This document shows, piece by piece, positions 1 to 12,200 of a stretch of 64,000 nucleotides of DNA (position 1 is its first letter; each line of letters begins with the position of its first letter). A program made the translations under genes and the position numbers. Origin of the DNA: an uncultured bacterium (GTDB taxonomy: Bacteria; Krumholzibacteriota; Krumholzibacteriia; Krumholzibacteriales; Krumholzibacteriaceae); contig CAWBAN010000001.1 of NCBI GenBank assembly GCA_963786935.1, forward strand, positions 1,248,001 to 1,312,000. The letters are read 5' to 3'. The notes below the pieces were generated by a model. That model was not told the DNA's origin and did no database searches. It saw only the letters and a list, made by a program, of their open reading frames with translations.

Positions 1-1
1 G

Positions 2-1396
2 ATGAACATGGGGCGCATCATCCTCCGGAACCTCATCAAGGGAGGCGGCGTTCCGAAGGAGCATATCTACCTCCTCCATCCGGACGCGGCGGAGATCGAC
101 GGATGCCGCGCCTTCAAGTCGCTCGCCGAGCTGCCGGAGAAGGCCGACATGACCGTCTTCACGATTCCCGCCGACGAAACGGCCGCGGCGCTCCTCGACG
201 AGCTCATCGAGGGGGAGAAGACGGCCGCGATCACGCTCATCTCCGGCGGATTCGGGGAAACGGAGCGCGGCCGAGAGCTCGAGCGCCGTCTCCGCGCTTC
301 GATCGCGAAGGCGCGGAGCCGCCCCGGGGGCGGGGTCGTCGTGAACGGGCCGAACTGCATGGGAATCGTCTCGAAGCCGGGAGGCTACAACACGTTCTTC
401 CTCCCCGAGTACAAGCTCCCGTTCCGCGGGACGTTCGGCGAGCGGTGCGCGATCATCAGCCAGAGCGGCGCGTACCTCGTCACCCTCATCAGCAATCTCG
501 ACCGGGCGCTCAATCCGAAATACATGATCACGTTCGGCAATCAGGCCGACGCGACGACGACCGATTATCTGATCGCCCTCAAGAACGATCCGGATATCGA
601 CCTCTTCGTGCTCTACATGGAGGGGTTCAAGCCTTACGACGGAGAGCGTTTCATCGCCGTGATCCGCGAGATCATCCGAAGCGGGAAGAGCGTGCTGCTC
701 TACAAGGCCGGCAGAACCGAGGCCGGCGCGGCGGCGGTCGCCTCGCACACCGCCTCGATGGCCGGCAACTTCGAGGTCATGGAACGCCTCCTGCGGGACG
801 CCGGGGTCATCCTCCCCGAATCGCTCGACGAGATGGAAGACACGATCAAGGTGTTCACGCTCCTCGAGGGGCGGCGCGTGATCGGCTCGCGCGTCGGGAT
901 TTTCAGCAACGCCGGATTCGAATGCTCCGTCGCGGCCGACACCCTCGGCCCGCTCACGCTCGCGAAGTTCTCCGACGAGACGGTCGCCAAGCTCCGGGAG
1001 GCGCTCCCGATCAACATCATCGACGTCCACAACCCCATCGACGCGACGCCGAACACCATGGCCCCGAACTACGGCAAATGCATCGAGGCGATGCTCGCCG
1101 ACGAAAACGTCGATTGCGTCATGGCAGCAAACGTGGCGCCGACGCCGTTCATGGAGAATCTCCCGGCCGGCCCCGACCACAAGGAGGACATCCTTCACGA
1201 GAATTCGTATCCCAACCTGACGATCCGCGCGTTCAAGGGAACGAAGAAACCGATGGTCGTGAGTCTCAACTCCGGAATGCTCTTCGATCCTGCCGTGCAT
1301 ATGATGGAGGAGGCGGGGCTGCCGTGCTTCAGGAAGATCGACCGCGCGATGAAGGCGCTCGGATTCTTCATCGAGCACGGAAAGAGAAAAGCGTAG
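2..1396 (+). CDS. NDP-forming acyl-CoA synthetase / acetate-CoA ligase family protein, 5'-truncated by the window edge
   Basis: CoA-binding and ligase motifs GPNCMG, SQSGA, YMEG, KAGRTEAG and phospho-His motif SHTASMAG; NPID in the second flavodoxin-like domain. Confidence 0.85.
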   Translation: MNMGRIILRNLIKGGGVPKEHIYLLHPDAAEIDGCRAFKSLAELPEKADMTVFTIPADETAAALLDELIEGEKTAAITLISGGFGETERGRELERRLRASIAKARSRPGGGVVVNGPNCMGIVSKPGGYNTFFLPEYKLPFRGTFGERCAIISQSGAYLVTLISNLDRALNPKYMITFGNQADATTTDYLIALKNDPDIDLFVLYMEGFKPYDGERFIAVIREIIRSGKSVLLYKAGRTEAGAAAVASHTASMAGNFEVMERLLRDAGVILPESLDEMEDTIKVFTLLEGRRVIGSRVGIFSNAGFECSVAADTLGPLTLAKFSDETVAKLREALPINIIDVHNPIDATPNTMAPNYGKCIEAMLADENVDCVMAANVAPTPFMENLPAGPDHKEDILHENSYPNLTIRAFKGTKKPMVVSLNSGMLFDPAVHMMEEAGLPCFRKIDRAMKALGFFIEHGKRKA

Positions 1397-1402
1397 GCGC
1401 CC

Positions 1403-1428
1403 CCGCCGGAAATCCGGCGGCCCTTTTT
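1403..1428 (+). terminator. Probable intrinsic terminator
   Basis: Hairpin ccgccgga-aa-tccggcgg followed by ccc-ttttt just after the stop codon. Confidence 0.55.
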
Positions 1429-1445
1429 CCTTCGGGGGAATCGAA

Positions 1446-2267
1446 TCACGCGAGGAACGTCGTCGCGAGATCCGCGACCGATTCCGGCGTGAAGTGTTTC
1501 CGCGTCGTCCCGACGATCGAATCGAACAGAGCCGGAGAGGCGGCCACGATATTGCCCGATTGGAGGAAACCGCCGCCGCCGAAGAAATCCCCGACGACGC
1601 CTCCCGCCTCCCGGACGATGAGAGCTCCCGCGGCCATGTCCCACGGCTTGAGATGAAGCTCCCAGAAGCCGTCGAGCCTCCCCGCGGCGACGTGGCTCAG
1701 ATCGAGGACCGCCGCGCCCGCCCGCCTGATATCCCTGCACGCGTGGAAGAGATCCTTGAATGAGCGGAGGTATGCGTCGAGATGTCGCGGCGCGCTGAAC
1801 GGGAATCCCGTGCCGAGAAGGCTCGTCTCGAGGCTCCGGGCGCCGGACACGCGGATCGGCGCGCCGTTGAGCGAGGCCCCCGCCCCCGCCGCGGCCTCGA
1901 ACAGCTCCTCGCGCAGCGGATCGTACACGCAGGCGACGGTGATTCGCTTCTTCTCCATGAGCGCGATGCTGACGCCGACCGCCGGGTAGCCGTGGATGAA
2001 ATTCGTCGTGCCGTCGAGCGGATCGATGATCCAGAACGAATCGCCGGACGGCGCGGCGGCGGTCTCCTCGGCGAGAAAGCCGATCGAGGGAAACGCTGAG
2101 CCGAGGGACGCCTTGATCATCCCCTCGCTTCCCGTGTCCACCTCGGTGACGAAATCCTTCGCTCCCTTCGCGAGGATCCGCCCCGTACCACCCGCGGCGA
2201 ACCGTTCGCGCACGAACGCGCCGGCCTCGAGCGCCGCCCGCCTCGCCGCTCCTCGTGTATCGCTCAT
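1446..2267 (-). CDS. suhB: Inositol monophosphatase family protein
   Basis: Motifs WIIDPLDGTTNF, LAEE, GTGFP, WDMAAGALIVREAGG. Confidence 0.9.
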   Translation of the reverse strand: MSDTRGAARRAALEAGAFVRERFAAGGTGRILAKGAKDFVTEVDTGSEGMIKASLGSAFPSIGFLAEETAAAPSGDSFWIIDPLDGTTNFIHGYPAVGVSIALMEKKRITVACVYDPLREELFEAAAGAGASLNGAPIRVSGARSLETSLLGTGFPFSAPRHLDAYLRSFKDLFHACRDIRRAGAAVLDLSHVAAGRLDGFWELHLKPWDMAAGALIVREAGGVVGDFFGGGGFLQSGNIVAASPALFDSIVGTTRKHFTPESVADLATTFLA

Positions 2268-3193
2268 TCGACCCCCTTTTCAAGGAGACACCGTTCGGGA
2301 AGTTCCACCGCGAGCCCCTCGGCGAGCGCGCCGAGAAAGGCCCGCACCGTCGATGAAAGATACCGGCGCGCGGGAATGACGAGCCCGAGCGTCCGCTCCA
2401 CGGCGAGGCCTCTGATCTTGATTTCGGCGAGCGTTCCTTTGGCGATATCGTCGCGCACGAGCCTCTCGGGCAAAATGGCGATGCCGAGCCCCGCAGCCGC
2501 GAGGCTCCTGATCGCCTCCGGACTGTCCGTGGTCATCGTGACGCGGGGCGCGACGCCGAGCCCGGCGAGCGCCGCCTCGATGATACGTCTCGTGTTCGCC
2601 CCCTCGTGAAACGCGATGAACGGATGTTCCGCGAGCGCCGCGGGCCGTCGCGCCCGGCCGCCTGCGAGCGGATGCCCCGGACGGGCGACGACGAGGAGCC
2701 GCTCCGTGTACACGGGAAAGACGTCGAGATCCTCCCCCCTCTCGACCGGCATCGTGCCCACGACGAGGTCGAGGCGGCCGGCCTTGAGCGCCCTGATGAG
2801 CGGATTCGTCGCCATGACCTCGAGCGCTATGTCGATCCCGGGATACCGCTCGCGAAAACGCGAAAAGACGGGCGGGAGCACGTAGGAGCTCGCCGCGTCG
2901 ATCGTGCCGATGGAGATTTTTCCCCGGACGAGCCCCTCGAGGTCGGCGATTTCGCGGCGGAGCTCCTCTTCGAGACGCCCGAAGCTCCTCGCGTAGCCGA
3001 GGACGATCTCCCCCGCGCGGGTGAACCGCACGCCGCGCCCCGCGGGAGCGACGAGCTTCACGCCGAGCTCCTCCTGGAGCCTCCGGATGCCGACGCTGAG
3101 GGCGGGCTGCGTCACGTAGTGCGCCTCCGCCGCGGCCGTGAGGCTGCCGAGCTCCGCGATGGATACGAAATACTTGAGCGCCGCGAGATTCAT
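2264..3193 (-). CDS. LysR family transcriptional regulator
   Basis: N-terminal HTH (GSLTAAAEAHYVTQPALS...LQEELG) plus LysR substrate-binding domain; stop overlaps the IMPase start (ATGA). Confidence 0.95.
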   Translation of the reverse strand: MNLAALKYFVSIAELGSLTAAAEAHYVTQPALSVGIRRLQEELGVKLVAPAGRGVRFTRAGEIVLGYARSFGRLEEELRREIADLEGLVRGKISIGTIDAASSYVLPPVFSRFRERYPGIDIALEVMATNPLIRALKAGRLDLVVGTMPVERGEDLDVFPVYTERLLVVARPGHPLAGGRARRPAALAEHPFIAFHEGANTRRIIEAALAGLGVAPRVTMTTDSPEAIRSLAAAGLGIAILPERLVRDDIAKGTLAEIKIRGLAVERTLGLVIPARRYLSSTVRAFLGALAEGLAVELPERCLLEKGVE

Positions 3194-3237
3194 AAGAATA
3201 ATTTATACTTTTAATAAGAATAATAAAATAGTTTTAT
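3192..3237. promoter_or_regulatory. Two LysR-type T-N11-A palindromic boxes (ATAA-N7-TTAT) in the divergent lysR/ino1 promoter
   Basis: ATAAGAATAATTTAT at 3192-3206 and ATAAAATAGTTTTAT at 3223-3237, in an AT-rich patch of a high-GC genome. Confidence 0.7.
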
Positions 3238-3309
3238 TTCAAGGAAAGGGTAGAATTTTTCCGTTCGCGCGCGGCGCGATTGTTTCGAGGATTTGCGAAA
3301 GGAGCCTCC

Positions 3310-4626
<1,317 letters not shown>

Positions 4627-4653
4627 GTCCGCTTCAGAGGCGTCCTGAAACAG

Positions 4654-4684
4654 AAAGAGGGAGCGTTCGAAACGCTCCCTCTTT
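4654..4684. terminator. Bidirectional intrinsic terminator between convergent ino1 and degP
   Basis: Perfect 14-bp inverted repeat aaagagggagcgtt-cga-aacgctccctcttt. Confidence 0.85.
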
Positions 4685-4748
4685 TCATGTGCGCCGCATC
4701 GCACCGCGGCGGTTCTCCCGCCGGCGGCGCCGCGCGCCGCGATCGCCG

Positions 4749-6227
4749 TTACTCTTTTATCACGATGTTCGTTTGGGCACCGCCGCGGTAGACGGTGAGC
4801 ATGAACTTGTCCGCCTTCATGCCTTTGACGAGCGTCTTGAACGCGGCAAGGTTCGCGACGGGCTTGAGGTTGAACGCGACGATGACGTCGCCGCGACTGA
4901 GCCCCTCTTCGTCGGCGGGCGTGCCCGACTCGACTTCCGTCACGAGCACTCCCTTCACGTCGTCCGGAAGCTGAAGCTCCTGCCGGTACTCGTCGGTGAG
5001 ATCGGTGAGGCCGACGCCCGTGAGGAGCGCGAGCTCGGGCGTTCCCTTCCCCTCTTCCTGCTGCGCGGCTACCGCGGATTCGCCCGGCCGTTTGGCGACC
5101 GTCACCGTGATATTCATGCTCTTGCCTTCACGCTGGATCGCGAGCTCGATCTTGTCTCCCGGGTGCAGCATGGCGACGCTCCTGCGGAGCTCGCCCATGT
5201 CCTTGACTTCCTTGCCGTTCATCGCGGTGACGATATCGTTCACCTTGACGCCGGCCTTGCCCGCGGGGCTGTCTTTCTCGACTGCCGTGACGATTACCCC
5301 TTCCCCCTGCTTGCTCCCGAAGAACTCGGCCTTGTCCGGCGTGAGGTCATCCATTCGGATGCCGACGTATCCCCGCGCGACCGAGCCGTGCGCGACGATA
5401 TCGTCCATGATCCGTTTCGCCACGTCGATCGGAATCGCGAAACCGATGCCGGCGAAGTCCCCCGCCTTCGAGACGATCATGTTATTGATTCCGACGAGCT
5501 CGCCTCTCGTGTTGATGAGGGCGCCGCCGGAGTTTCCCGGATTGATCGCCGCGTCCGTCTGGATGAGCTCGACGTCGACGCCCATCGAAACGTACTCCGC
5601 CGGCTTCGCGAGCCCGCTCACGATTCCCATCGTGACGGTCTGCCCGACCGAGAACGGATAACCGATCGCGAGCACCGTCTGCCCGAGCCTCAGCTCGGAG
5701 GAATGTCCCAGCGGGAGCACCGGCAGGTCCTTCGCCTCGATCTTGAGCACGGCGATATCAGTCAGCTTATCGGTCCCGATAACCTTCGCGGCGAACTTCC
5801 GGTTATCGGGAGGGGCCATGTAGATCTTCACGTTCGTCGCCCCTTCGACGAGATGATTGTTCGTGAGGATGTATCCGTCCGCCGTGACGATCACGCCTGA
5901 TCCGAGCCGCTCCTGCACCTGCTTGTCGGGAATCCCGAAGAACTGCCGGTAGCGCGGATCCCGATAGAACGGATTGTCCGAGGTGCTCATATCCTGTTCC
6001 GTCTTTGTCCAAACGTAAATGACCGCCGGCACGGCTTTTTCGACGACTGTCGGAATATCCCCGTCGCCCGGCTGCGCCTGCGCATAAGCTTCGGGGAATA
6101 TGCTATCGCTCGCGCCCGATCTCTCGGCGCGCGTGATGATCCGCTCCGCACCCATGCCCATGAGGAAGATGAACGCCAGTCCGGCGATCGTCAGAACGAA
6201 TTTAGCTCGTGCGCTCCTCAGTTCCAT
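4749..6227 (-). CDS. degP: DegP/DegQ (HtrA) serine protease with two PDZ domains
   Basis: LGSGVIV, TNNHLV, TDIAVLK, QTDAAINPGNSGG; two PDZ repeats; N-terminal TM/signal; AGGAGG RBS before ATG 6227. Confidence 0.93.
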   Translation of the reverse strand: MELRSARAKFVLTIAGLAFIFLMGMGAERIITRAERSGASDSIFPEAYAQAQPGDGDIPTVVEKAVPAVIYVWTKTEQDMSTSDNPFYRDPRYRQFFGIPDKQVQERLGSGVIVTADGYILTNNHLVEGATNVKIYMAPPDNRKFAAKVIGTDKLTDIAVLKIEAKDLPVLPLGHSSELRLGQTVLAIGYPFSVGQTVTMGIVSGLAKPAEYVSMGVDVELIQTDAAINPGNSGGALINTRGELVGINNMIVSKAGDFAGIGFAIPIDVAKRIMDDIVAHGSVARGYVGIRMDDLTPDKAEFFGSKQGEGVIVTAVEKDSPAGKAGVKVNDIVTAMNGKEVKDMGELRRSVAMLHPGDKIELAIQREGKSMNITVTVAKRPGESAVAAQQEEGKGTPELALLTGVGLTDLTDEYRQELQLPDDVKGVLVTEVESGTPADEEGLSRGDVIVAFNLKPVANLAAFKTLVKGMKADKFMLTVYRGGAQTNIVIKE

Positions 6228-6277
6228 CGCACAACCTCCTGTGCAGCTCTCCGTTGGGGCGGCATGTATCACCTACA

Positions 6278-6302
6278 TACGCCGAACGGTCCGCGAAGTT
6301 CC
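6278..6302 (-). promoter_or_regulatory. Putative ECF-sigma promoter of degP (GGAAC-N16-CGTA)
   Basis: Minus strand reads GGAAC TTCGCGGACCGTTCGG CGTA about 50 bp upstream of degP. Confidence 0.55.
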
Positions 6303-6430
6303 CGTTTTCTTGATAATGGTTCCGAATGCTCGAAATTCCTCCCGGGAACGCCCCTGCCGGCCGTCGACATCCGAATATTCGGAAGAACGCCCGCCGGAAT
6401 CAAGGAGAATCGCGGCGCGCCCTTCCGTCC

Positions 6431-6460
6431 TTGACACCGGCCGCGACGGCGCGATATATT
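6431..6460 (+). promoter_or_regulatory. Putative sigma70 promoter of the oxidoreductase operon
   Basis: TTGACA-N18-TATATT. Confidence 0.55.
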
Positions 6461-6518
6461 CCCGAAAGTCGTCAATCAACGCTTCACGGTTTCACCTTAG
6501 ACGCAACTCAATAAGGAT

Positions 6519-7640
6519 ATGGAACAAAAGAAAAACGAACGGTTGCTCCTCGTGGACGGCTCGCGGCTCGTCATAGAGTCGGCCGTGCGCGCCGGAGCCG
6601 AGGTGTTCGTCGGATATCCGATCACGCCGGCGAACCTCCTCTATCTCTACTCGAGCCGCCGGTTCCCGATGATGTTCCCCGCGCCCGACGAGATCACGAC
6701 GCTCCAGTGGATGAGCGGCCTGTCGGCGGCGGGGAAATACCCGGTGACGGCGACGTCATTCCCGGGCTTCGCGCTGATGCTCGAATCGCTCAATATGGCG
6801 CACATGATGGAGCTCCCGATGCTCATCGTGCTCGCGCAGCGGCTCGGGCCGAGCACGGGTTCGGCCACGACCGGCGCGGAGGGAGACCTCCTGCTGCTTC
6901 GGGGAGCGATCTCGGGCGGATATCCCGTCCCGGTCTTTTCCGTGTCATCGAGCGCGGACTGCTGGAACCTCACGGCGAAGGCGATCGCCGCCTCCCTCAA
7001 GATGAGGACGCCCGTCGTGCTCCTCATGTCGAAGGAGCTCGCCATGACGATGTCGACGGTGAACGCCGACGACTTCGATGAGATCGAGCCGGCGAAGTGG
7101 GACATGAGCGCCGGGGAACCGTACCGCCCCTATCAACGGACCGACGGTCTCGTTCCTCCCTTCGCCCCGCTCGGAGACGCCCGCTTCCAGGTGCGCTTCA
7201 ACGCGTCGACGCACGACGAAACGGGGCTCATCAGGAAGACCGACGCGGCGGCGCTGGCGAATACGACGAGACTGAAGGAAAAGGTGGACCGCTGGCTTCC
7301 GGAGTTCACCTTCTACGAGCTCGACGAGGAGCCGGGCGCGAAAAAGCTCATCGTGAGCTACGGGATCACCGCGGGCTCGGCCCGCGAGGCGGTCGCCGCG
7401 CTCCGCGCTCGAGGCGAGAAGGCCTCCCTGCTCATTATCAAGACGATCATCCCCGTGCCGCCGCCCGTCATCGAGATCATGTCGCGCTACGAGCGCGTAT
7501 TCATCGCGGAGGAGAATCTCACCGGGCTCCTCAGCGAGATCATCTACGGCGTCTCGGGGCGACCCTCGGTGAAATCGATCGGGAAGATCGGGACCATGAT
7601 CGCTCCCCGGGAGATCGTGGAGAGGGTGATGCAGTCATGA
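6519..7640 (+). CDS. 2-oxoacid:ferredoxin oxidoreductase alpha subunit
   Basis: GYPITP, DEI, TATSFPGFALMLE, QRLGPSTG; C-terminal transketolase-like domain (AEEN). Confidence 0.9.
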   Translation: MEQKKNERLLLVDGSRLVIESAVRAGAEVFVGYPITPANLLYLYSSRRFPMMFPAPDEITTLQWMSGLSAAGKYPVTATSFPGFALMLESLNMAHMMELPMLIVLAQRLGPSTGSATTGAEGDLLLLRGAISGGYPVPVFSVSSSADCWNLTAKAIAASLKMRTPVVLLMSKELAMTMSTVNADDFDEIEPAKWDMSAGEPYRPYQRTDGLVPPFAPLGDARFQVRFNASTHDETGLIRKTDAAALANTTRLKEKVDRWLPEFTFYELDEEPGAKKLIVSYGITAGSAREAVAALRARGEKASLLIIKTIIPVPPPVIEIMSRYERVFIAEENLTGLLSEIIYGVSGRPSVKSIGKIGTMIAPREIVERVMQS

Positions 7641-8875
7641 CGATGCTCGCTTCGACCAAACAACCGTACTGCCCCGGCTGCGGCTACCACCTCGTCACCT
7701 CGCACATCGCGAAGGCGCTCGAGAAGCTCGCTCTCGGGCCGCGCGACGTCGTCATCTCGAGCGACATCGGCTGCGGCGGCCTCATCGACGCGAGCTTCAC
7801 CGCCCACACGATCCACGGGCTCCACGGGAGATCCGTGGCGCTCGCCATGGGTGCGGCGCTCGGCCTCGACGGCACGAACAAGAAGGTCATCGCCTTCCAG
7901 GGGGACGGCGGCGCGACGATCGGCCTCCAGCACCTGCTCGAGGCGGCCCGCTGGAACGTGCCGATGACGCTCATCGTCGTGAACAACATGATCTACGGAA
8001 TGACGGGCGGTCAGCCGAGCGGGCTCACCCCGTTCGGCTTCACGACGGTCATCACGCCGCAGGGGCACGAGCGGCACCCGTACGATCTCTGCAGGCTCGC
8101 CTACGACGCGGGGGCCGTCTACGCCCTCAGGATGAAGGCGAAGGGGGATCTCAGCGAGAAGCTCGCCGAAGCGTTCGCCGTGAAAGGTTTCTCCATCGTC
8201 GAGATCGTCTCCCCGTGCCCGTCGTACGGCGTCAAGGGAGTCAAGGACCTCTCGGAGCTGAGCGTCGAGGAGCTCGAGCTCAAGCGCGAGCGCGAGCCGA
8301 TGAAGCCGGTCGTGCGGGAATCGAAATCGCTCATCAAAACCGAGCTCAAGACCCTCTTCGAGGCGAAGCTCGCCGATCGAATCGCGATCGTGCTCTCGGG
8401 ATCGGCAGGGGAAGGCGTCCAGTCGGCCGCCGAGCTTCTCGCCGAAGCGGCCATTCTCTCGGGCCTGCGGACGACCAAGAAAGGGGACTACCCCATCACG
8501 GTCGGAACCGGCTTTTCGCTCGCCGAGGTGATCCTCTCGAAGCGGAAGATCGATTACAGCGGCATCCAGAAACCGGACGTGATCATCGTCACCTCCGACG
8601 ACGGTCTCTCGCGGGTCAAGGGCATGCTGAAGCCGGGGGATTCGACGCTCGTCATCGCCGACGCTTCGCTCCCGCTCGAAGCGGGACCGAACGTGGTGCT
8701 GCGCGATTTCCGCGGCGCCGCCGGGAAAAAGGGCGCGTGTCTGGCGGCGATCGGCTTCTGGCTGCGGCGAAATCCCGTGATCCCGCAGGATGCGCTCCGC
8801 GAGGTCACGAAGAAATCGAAGCACGCCGAGTCGCTCATGCAGTCGATCCAGAGCGCCGAGAGCCTCGAGGCCTGA
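7637..8875 (+). CDS. 2-oxoacid:ferredoxin oxidoreductase beta subunit fused to gamma domain
   Basis: YCPGCG, SDIGC, HGR, TPP motif GDG...NN, YGMTGGQ and SPCP, followed by gamma-domain SGSAGEGVQSAA; start overlaps the alpha stop. Confidence 0.88.
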   Translation: MTMLASTKQPYCPGCGYHLVTSHIAKALEKLALGPRDVVISSDIGCGGLIDASFTAHTIHGLHGRSVALAMGAALGLDGTNKKVIAFQGDGGATIGLQHLLEAARWNVPMTLIVVNNMIYGMTGGQPSGLTPFGFTTVITPQGHERHPYDLCRLAYDAGAVYALRMKAKGDLSEKLAEAFAVKGFSIVEIVSPCPSYGVKGVKDLSELSVEELELKREREPMKPVVRESKSLIKTELKTLFEAKLADRIAIVLSGSAGEGVQSAAELLAEAAILSGLRTTKKGDYPITVGTGFSLAEVILSKRKIDYSGIQKPDVIIVTSDDGLSRVKGMLKPGDSTLVIADASLPLEAGPNVVLRDFRGAAGKKGACLAAIGFWLRRNPVIPQDALREVTKKSKHAESLMQSIQSAESLEA

Positions 8876-8883
8876 TTCGAAGC

Positions 8884-9084
8884 TCACCCGTGCGTTTCGA
8901 TGAACTTCCTGAAGGAGCGGTCCCACGTCCGTTCCGCGTCCTCGGGGAACGCGCAGGCGGGAAGCTCTCGATTCTCGAGATGATACCTGATGCAGGCGCA
9001 GCAGTTGCCGTGACGGGGGCAGCCCCCGTACGTGCAGTTGCACCCCTGTTTGTTCTCCTCGAGCCGGTCGCACCGTGATGTCAT
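8884..9084 (-). CDS. Small Cys-rich protein (DUF6485-like)
   Basis: CNCTYGGCPRHGNCCACIRYH...LPAC pattern; GGAGA RBS. Confidence 0.75.
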   Translation of the reverse strand: MTSRCDRLEENKQGCNCTYGGCPRHGNCCACIRYHLENRELPACAFPEDAERTWDRSFRKFIETHG

Positions 9085-9203
9085 TTCTTTCTCCTTCGAA
9101 GGCTTCCATTCTAACTCATTTGACCCTGTAAGCGCGGAAAAAAATGTGCTATACTGACGTAGAATCTTTCGAGGAAAGAAGCGTGCCGTTCAACGGTGGT
9201 TCG

Positions 9204-12200
9204 ATGACAACACGACATCTCGCAGGGATCTGCTGTGCCGTTTTCCTTCTCGCCGGAAATGCGCGGGCCGGCATCCTGACGAAACAGATCAGCTTCGATA
9301 ATCCCGCCGTTTCGAGCATGACGGGAGGCGCCCTCATCACGATTCCCGGCTGCCGCTCGATCGCGAATCCCGGAGAGCCGATCCTCCCCGTGTACGCGGC
9401 TTGTTTCATTCTCCCGCCGGGAGAATCCGTTTCCCGCGTCGTCATCGAGCCGCTCGAAACGGTCGCGATCGAAGGCTCCCACGCCGTCGCGCCGATGCAG
9501 CCGCAGGCGCCGCTCGGAACGAGCGATCCTCCCGGCTTCATGAGAAGCGAGGGCGTCTATCGGTCGTCGCAGCCGTTTCCCGCCGTTCGGGGAGAGCTCG
9601 CGACCGAGCAGACGGTCGCCGGCGTGCGGCTCGCCTTCGTGAACGTTCATCCGTGCGCGTTCGTGCCGTCGACCGGCGCCGTGCTCTTCTTCCCCTCGGT
9701 GCGGGTCACGATCGAAACAGCGCCGTCGCTCGGCGCCGCGGCGGCGCCCCCCGCCCGCACGCGCGAGGCGCTGCGCGCGCTGCGGCGCGTCGTGGAGAAT
9801 CCCGGCCTCTCGAGCGCATACGCGACGGCCGCTCCGCTTCTCGACGAGACGGACGAAGGGGAAGACGTCGTTCATTACCTCATCGTCACGAGCCCCGCGT
9901 TCGCCCCGTACTTCCAGCCGCTTGCCGATCTGAGGGTCCGCTGCGGCATGCGCGCCCGGATCGTCGATACGGCGTGGATATCGGCGAACTACACCGGGGC
10001 GGATCTGCAGGAGAAGATAAGGAATTTCATCCGGTTCGCCTACGAGAACTGGGACACGCGCTACGTGCTCCTCGGCGGAGACGACGAGGTGATCCCGCAC
10101 CGGGGGTTCTACGTGAAGGTCGGCATGACCGCCGACGTCAACATACCGTCCGATCTCTACTACGCCTGTCTCGACGGGACCTGGAACACCGACGGCGACG
10201 CGTACTACGGCGAGCCCGGCGAGGAGGATCTCCTGAGCGAGGTGATCGTCGGACGTCTGCCCGTCGATTCCCCCGAGGAGATCGAGAACGTCATCGGGAA
10301 GATCTCGTCCTACACCCTCTCCCCCGTCCCGGAGCAGTGCAGGAGCGCCGGGCTCTTCGGCGAGCTCCTCTGGTCGGTCTCGGGCGTCGACACGTGGGGG
10401 AGCGACTACAAGAACGAGATTCTCCTCGGTTCATCGAGCTGGGGATTCACGACGGCCGGCGTGCCGGCGGGCTTCTCGACGCCGCTCCTGTACGACTCGG
10501 AAAGCTACACGTGGAGCACGTCGGACGCGCTCTCGATTCTGAACGGCGGCGTCAACCTCGTGAACCACTGCGGTCATTCGAACCTCTACTCGGTCATGCG
10601 GATCGCGACGGGAGACGTGCCGTCGCTCACGAACGACGGCGTGTCCGCCGGCTTTTTCATCTGCTATTCCCAGGGCTGCTACGCAGCGTCGTTCGACAAC
10701 CGCGACGAGGCGGGCACCGTTCACGCCGAGGACTGCATCGCCGAGGCGCTCGTCACGGGCGAGCGCGGCGCCGTCGCCTTCATCGGAAACACGCGCCTCG
10801 GCTGGGACGCGCCCGGCTCGACGTGCGGCGTCTCGCAGCTCTTCGATCGCCAGTTCTTCGACGCCCTCTTCGGCGAAGGGATCACGCGGCTCGGCGACGC
10901 GCTCGATGATTCGCGGCTCGACAACGTCTCGTACATCGGCTACGAAGCGGTCCGCTGGGTCTATTACGGGATGTGTCTCCTCGGGGATCCCGCCCTGAGC
11001 GTGTGGACCGACACGCCGCGCCCGCTCGCCGTCGAGCACGACAGCGTCGTCTTCGCGGGGCAGGGGGGATTCGAGGTGCGCGTCTCCGACGGCGGCGGCC
11101 CCCTCCCGGGAGCGTTGGCGAGCCTCAACGCGCCGCCGCCGGGCGCCTATTGCGCCGCGGTCACCGACGACGCGGGGACCGCGCTCCTGCAGCCGCGTCC
11201 GCTCGGCACGGGAAGCGTCCTCCTCTCCGTCGTCTCCCCGAATCACTATCCGCACGCGGACACGCTCGCGGTCGAGGAGCTCACGGCGTATCTTCCCTCC
11301 GTCTCCCTCCTCGCCGTGAACGACGACACCGCGGGAGGGCAGGGGGACGGGGACGGCGTCGCCGAGACCGGAGAAACGGTCGCCCTCACGGTCGCGATCC
11401 GGAACATCGGCCTGAGCGGGCTGACGAACGTCTCGCTCTTTCTCACGGTCGACGGCGCGAGCGTGATCGTGCTCGCCGGGAGCGCCCTCGTCGGCGATCT
11501 CCCCCCGGGAGCGTCGGCGACGCTCGATCGCGCGTTCGTCGTGGAGATCATGCCGCGGGAGTCCGGCCCGGGCGAGGCGGCGCTCGAATTCGAGGTTTCC
11601 GCCGGCGAGGGAAACTGGAAGACGTCGATCGCGCTTCAGGTGAACGCCCCCGCCGTTTCGATCGAATCGATCTCGATCTCGGATACCGCTTACGGCAACG
11701 GCAACGGCTGCCTTGAGGCGTGGGAATTCCAGAACGTGTCGTTCGTCTGCCGGAACAGCGGCAACACGGAGGCGATCCTGCGGACGATCACCCTCGGCTT
11801 CCCCGATGACTCGTTCGCACGGGCGGTCAGGGCCACGATCGCGGCGCCGGTCATTCCCGCGGGGGGCACGGTCTCCTTTACCGACGAGCTGCTCTGGTTC
11901 GTGAAGGAAGCCGTTCCGCCGTTCTCGCGGATCGAGATGATCCTCGCGATCGACGGCAGCAACATGAAGGCTCACGCGGAGACGATCATCGCGCGGACAT
12001 GCGGCTACGGCCTCGACGATCCGGCCTCGACGGAGGGAGCGTTCAGCCATCGCGCGATCGCCGGCGTCGACCAATGGCATCTGAGCGCAACGCGGTTCCA
12101 TTCGGCGCCGTCGAGCTGGAAATGCGGGGATCCGTCGTCCGGGCCCTACGCGAATATCATGGAATCGATCCTCGAGCTTCCGCCCCTCTGCCTCTTCGAC

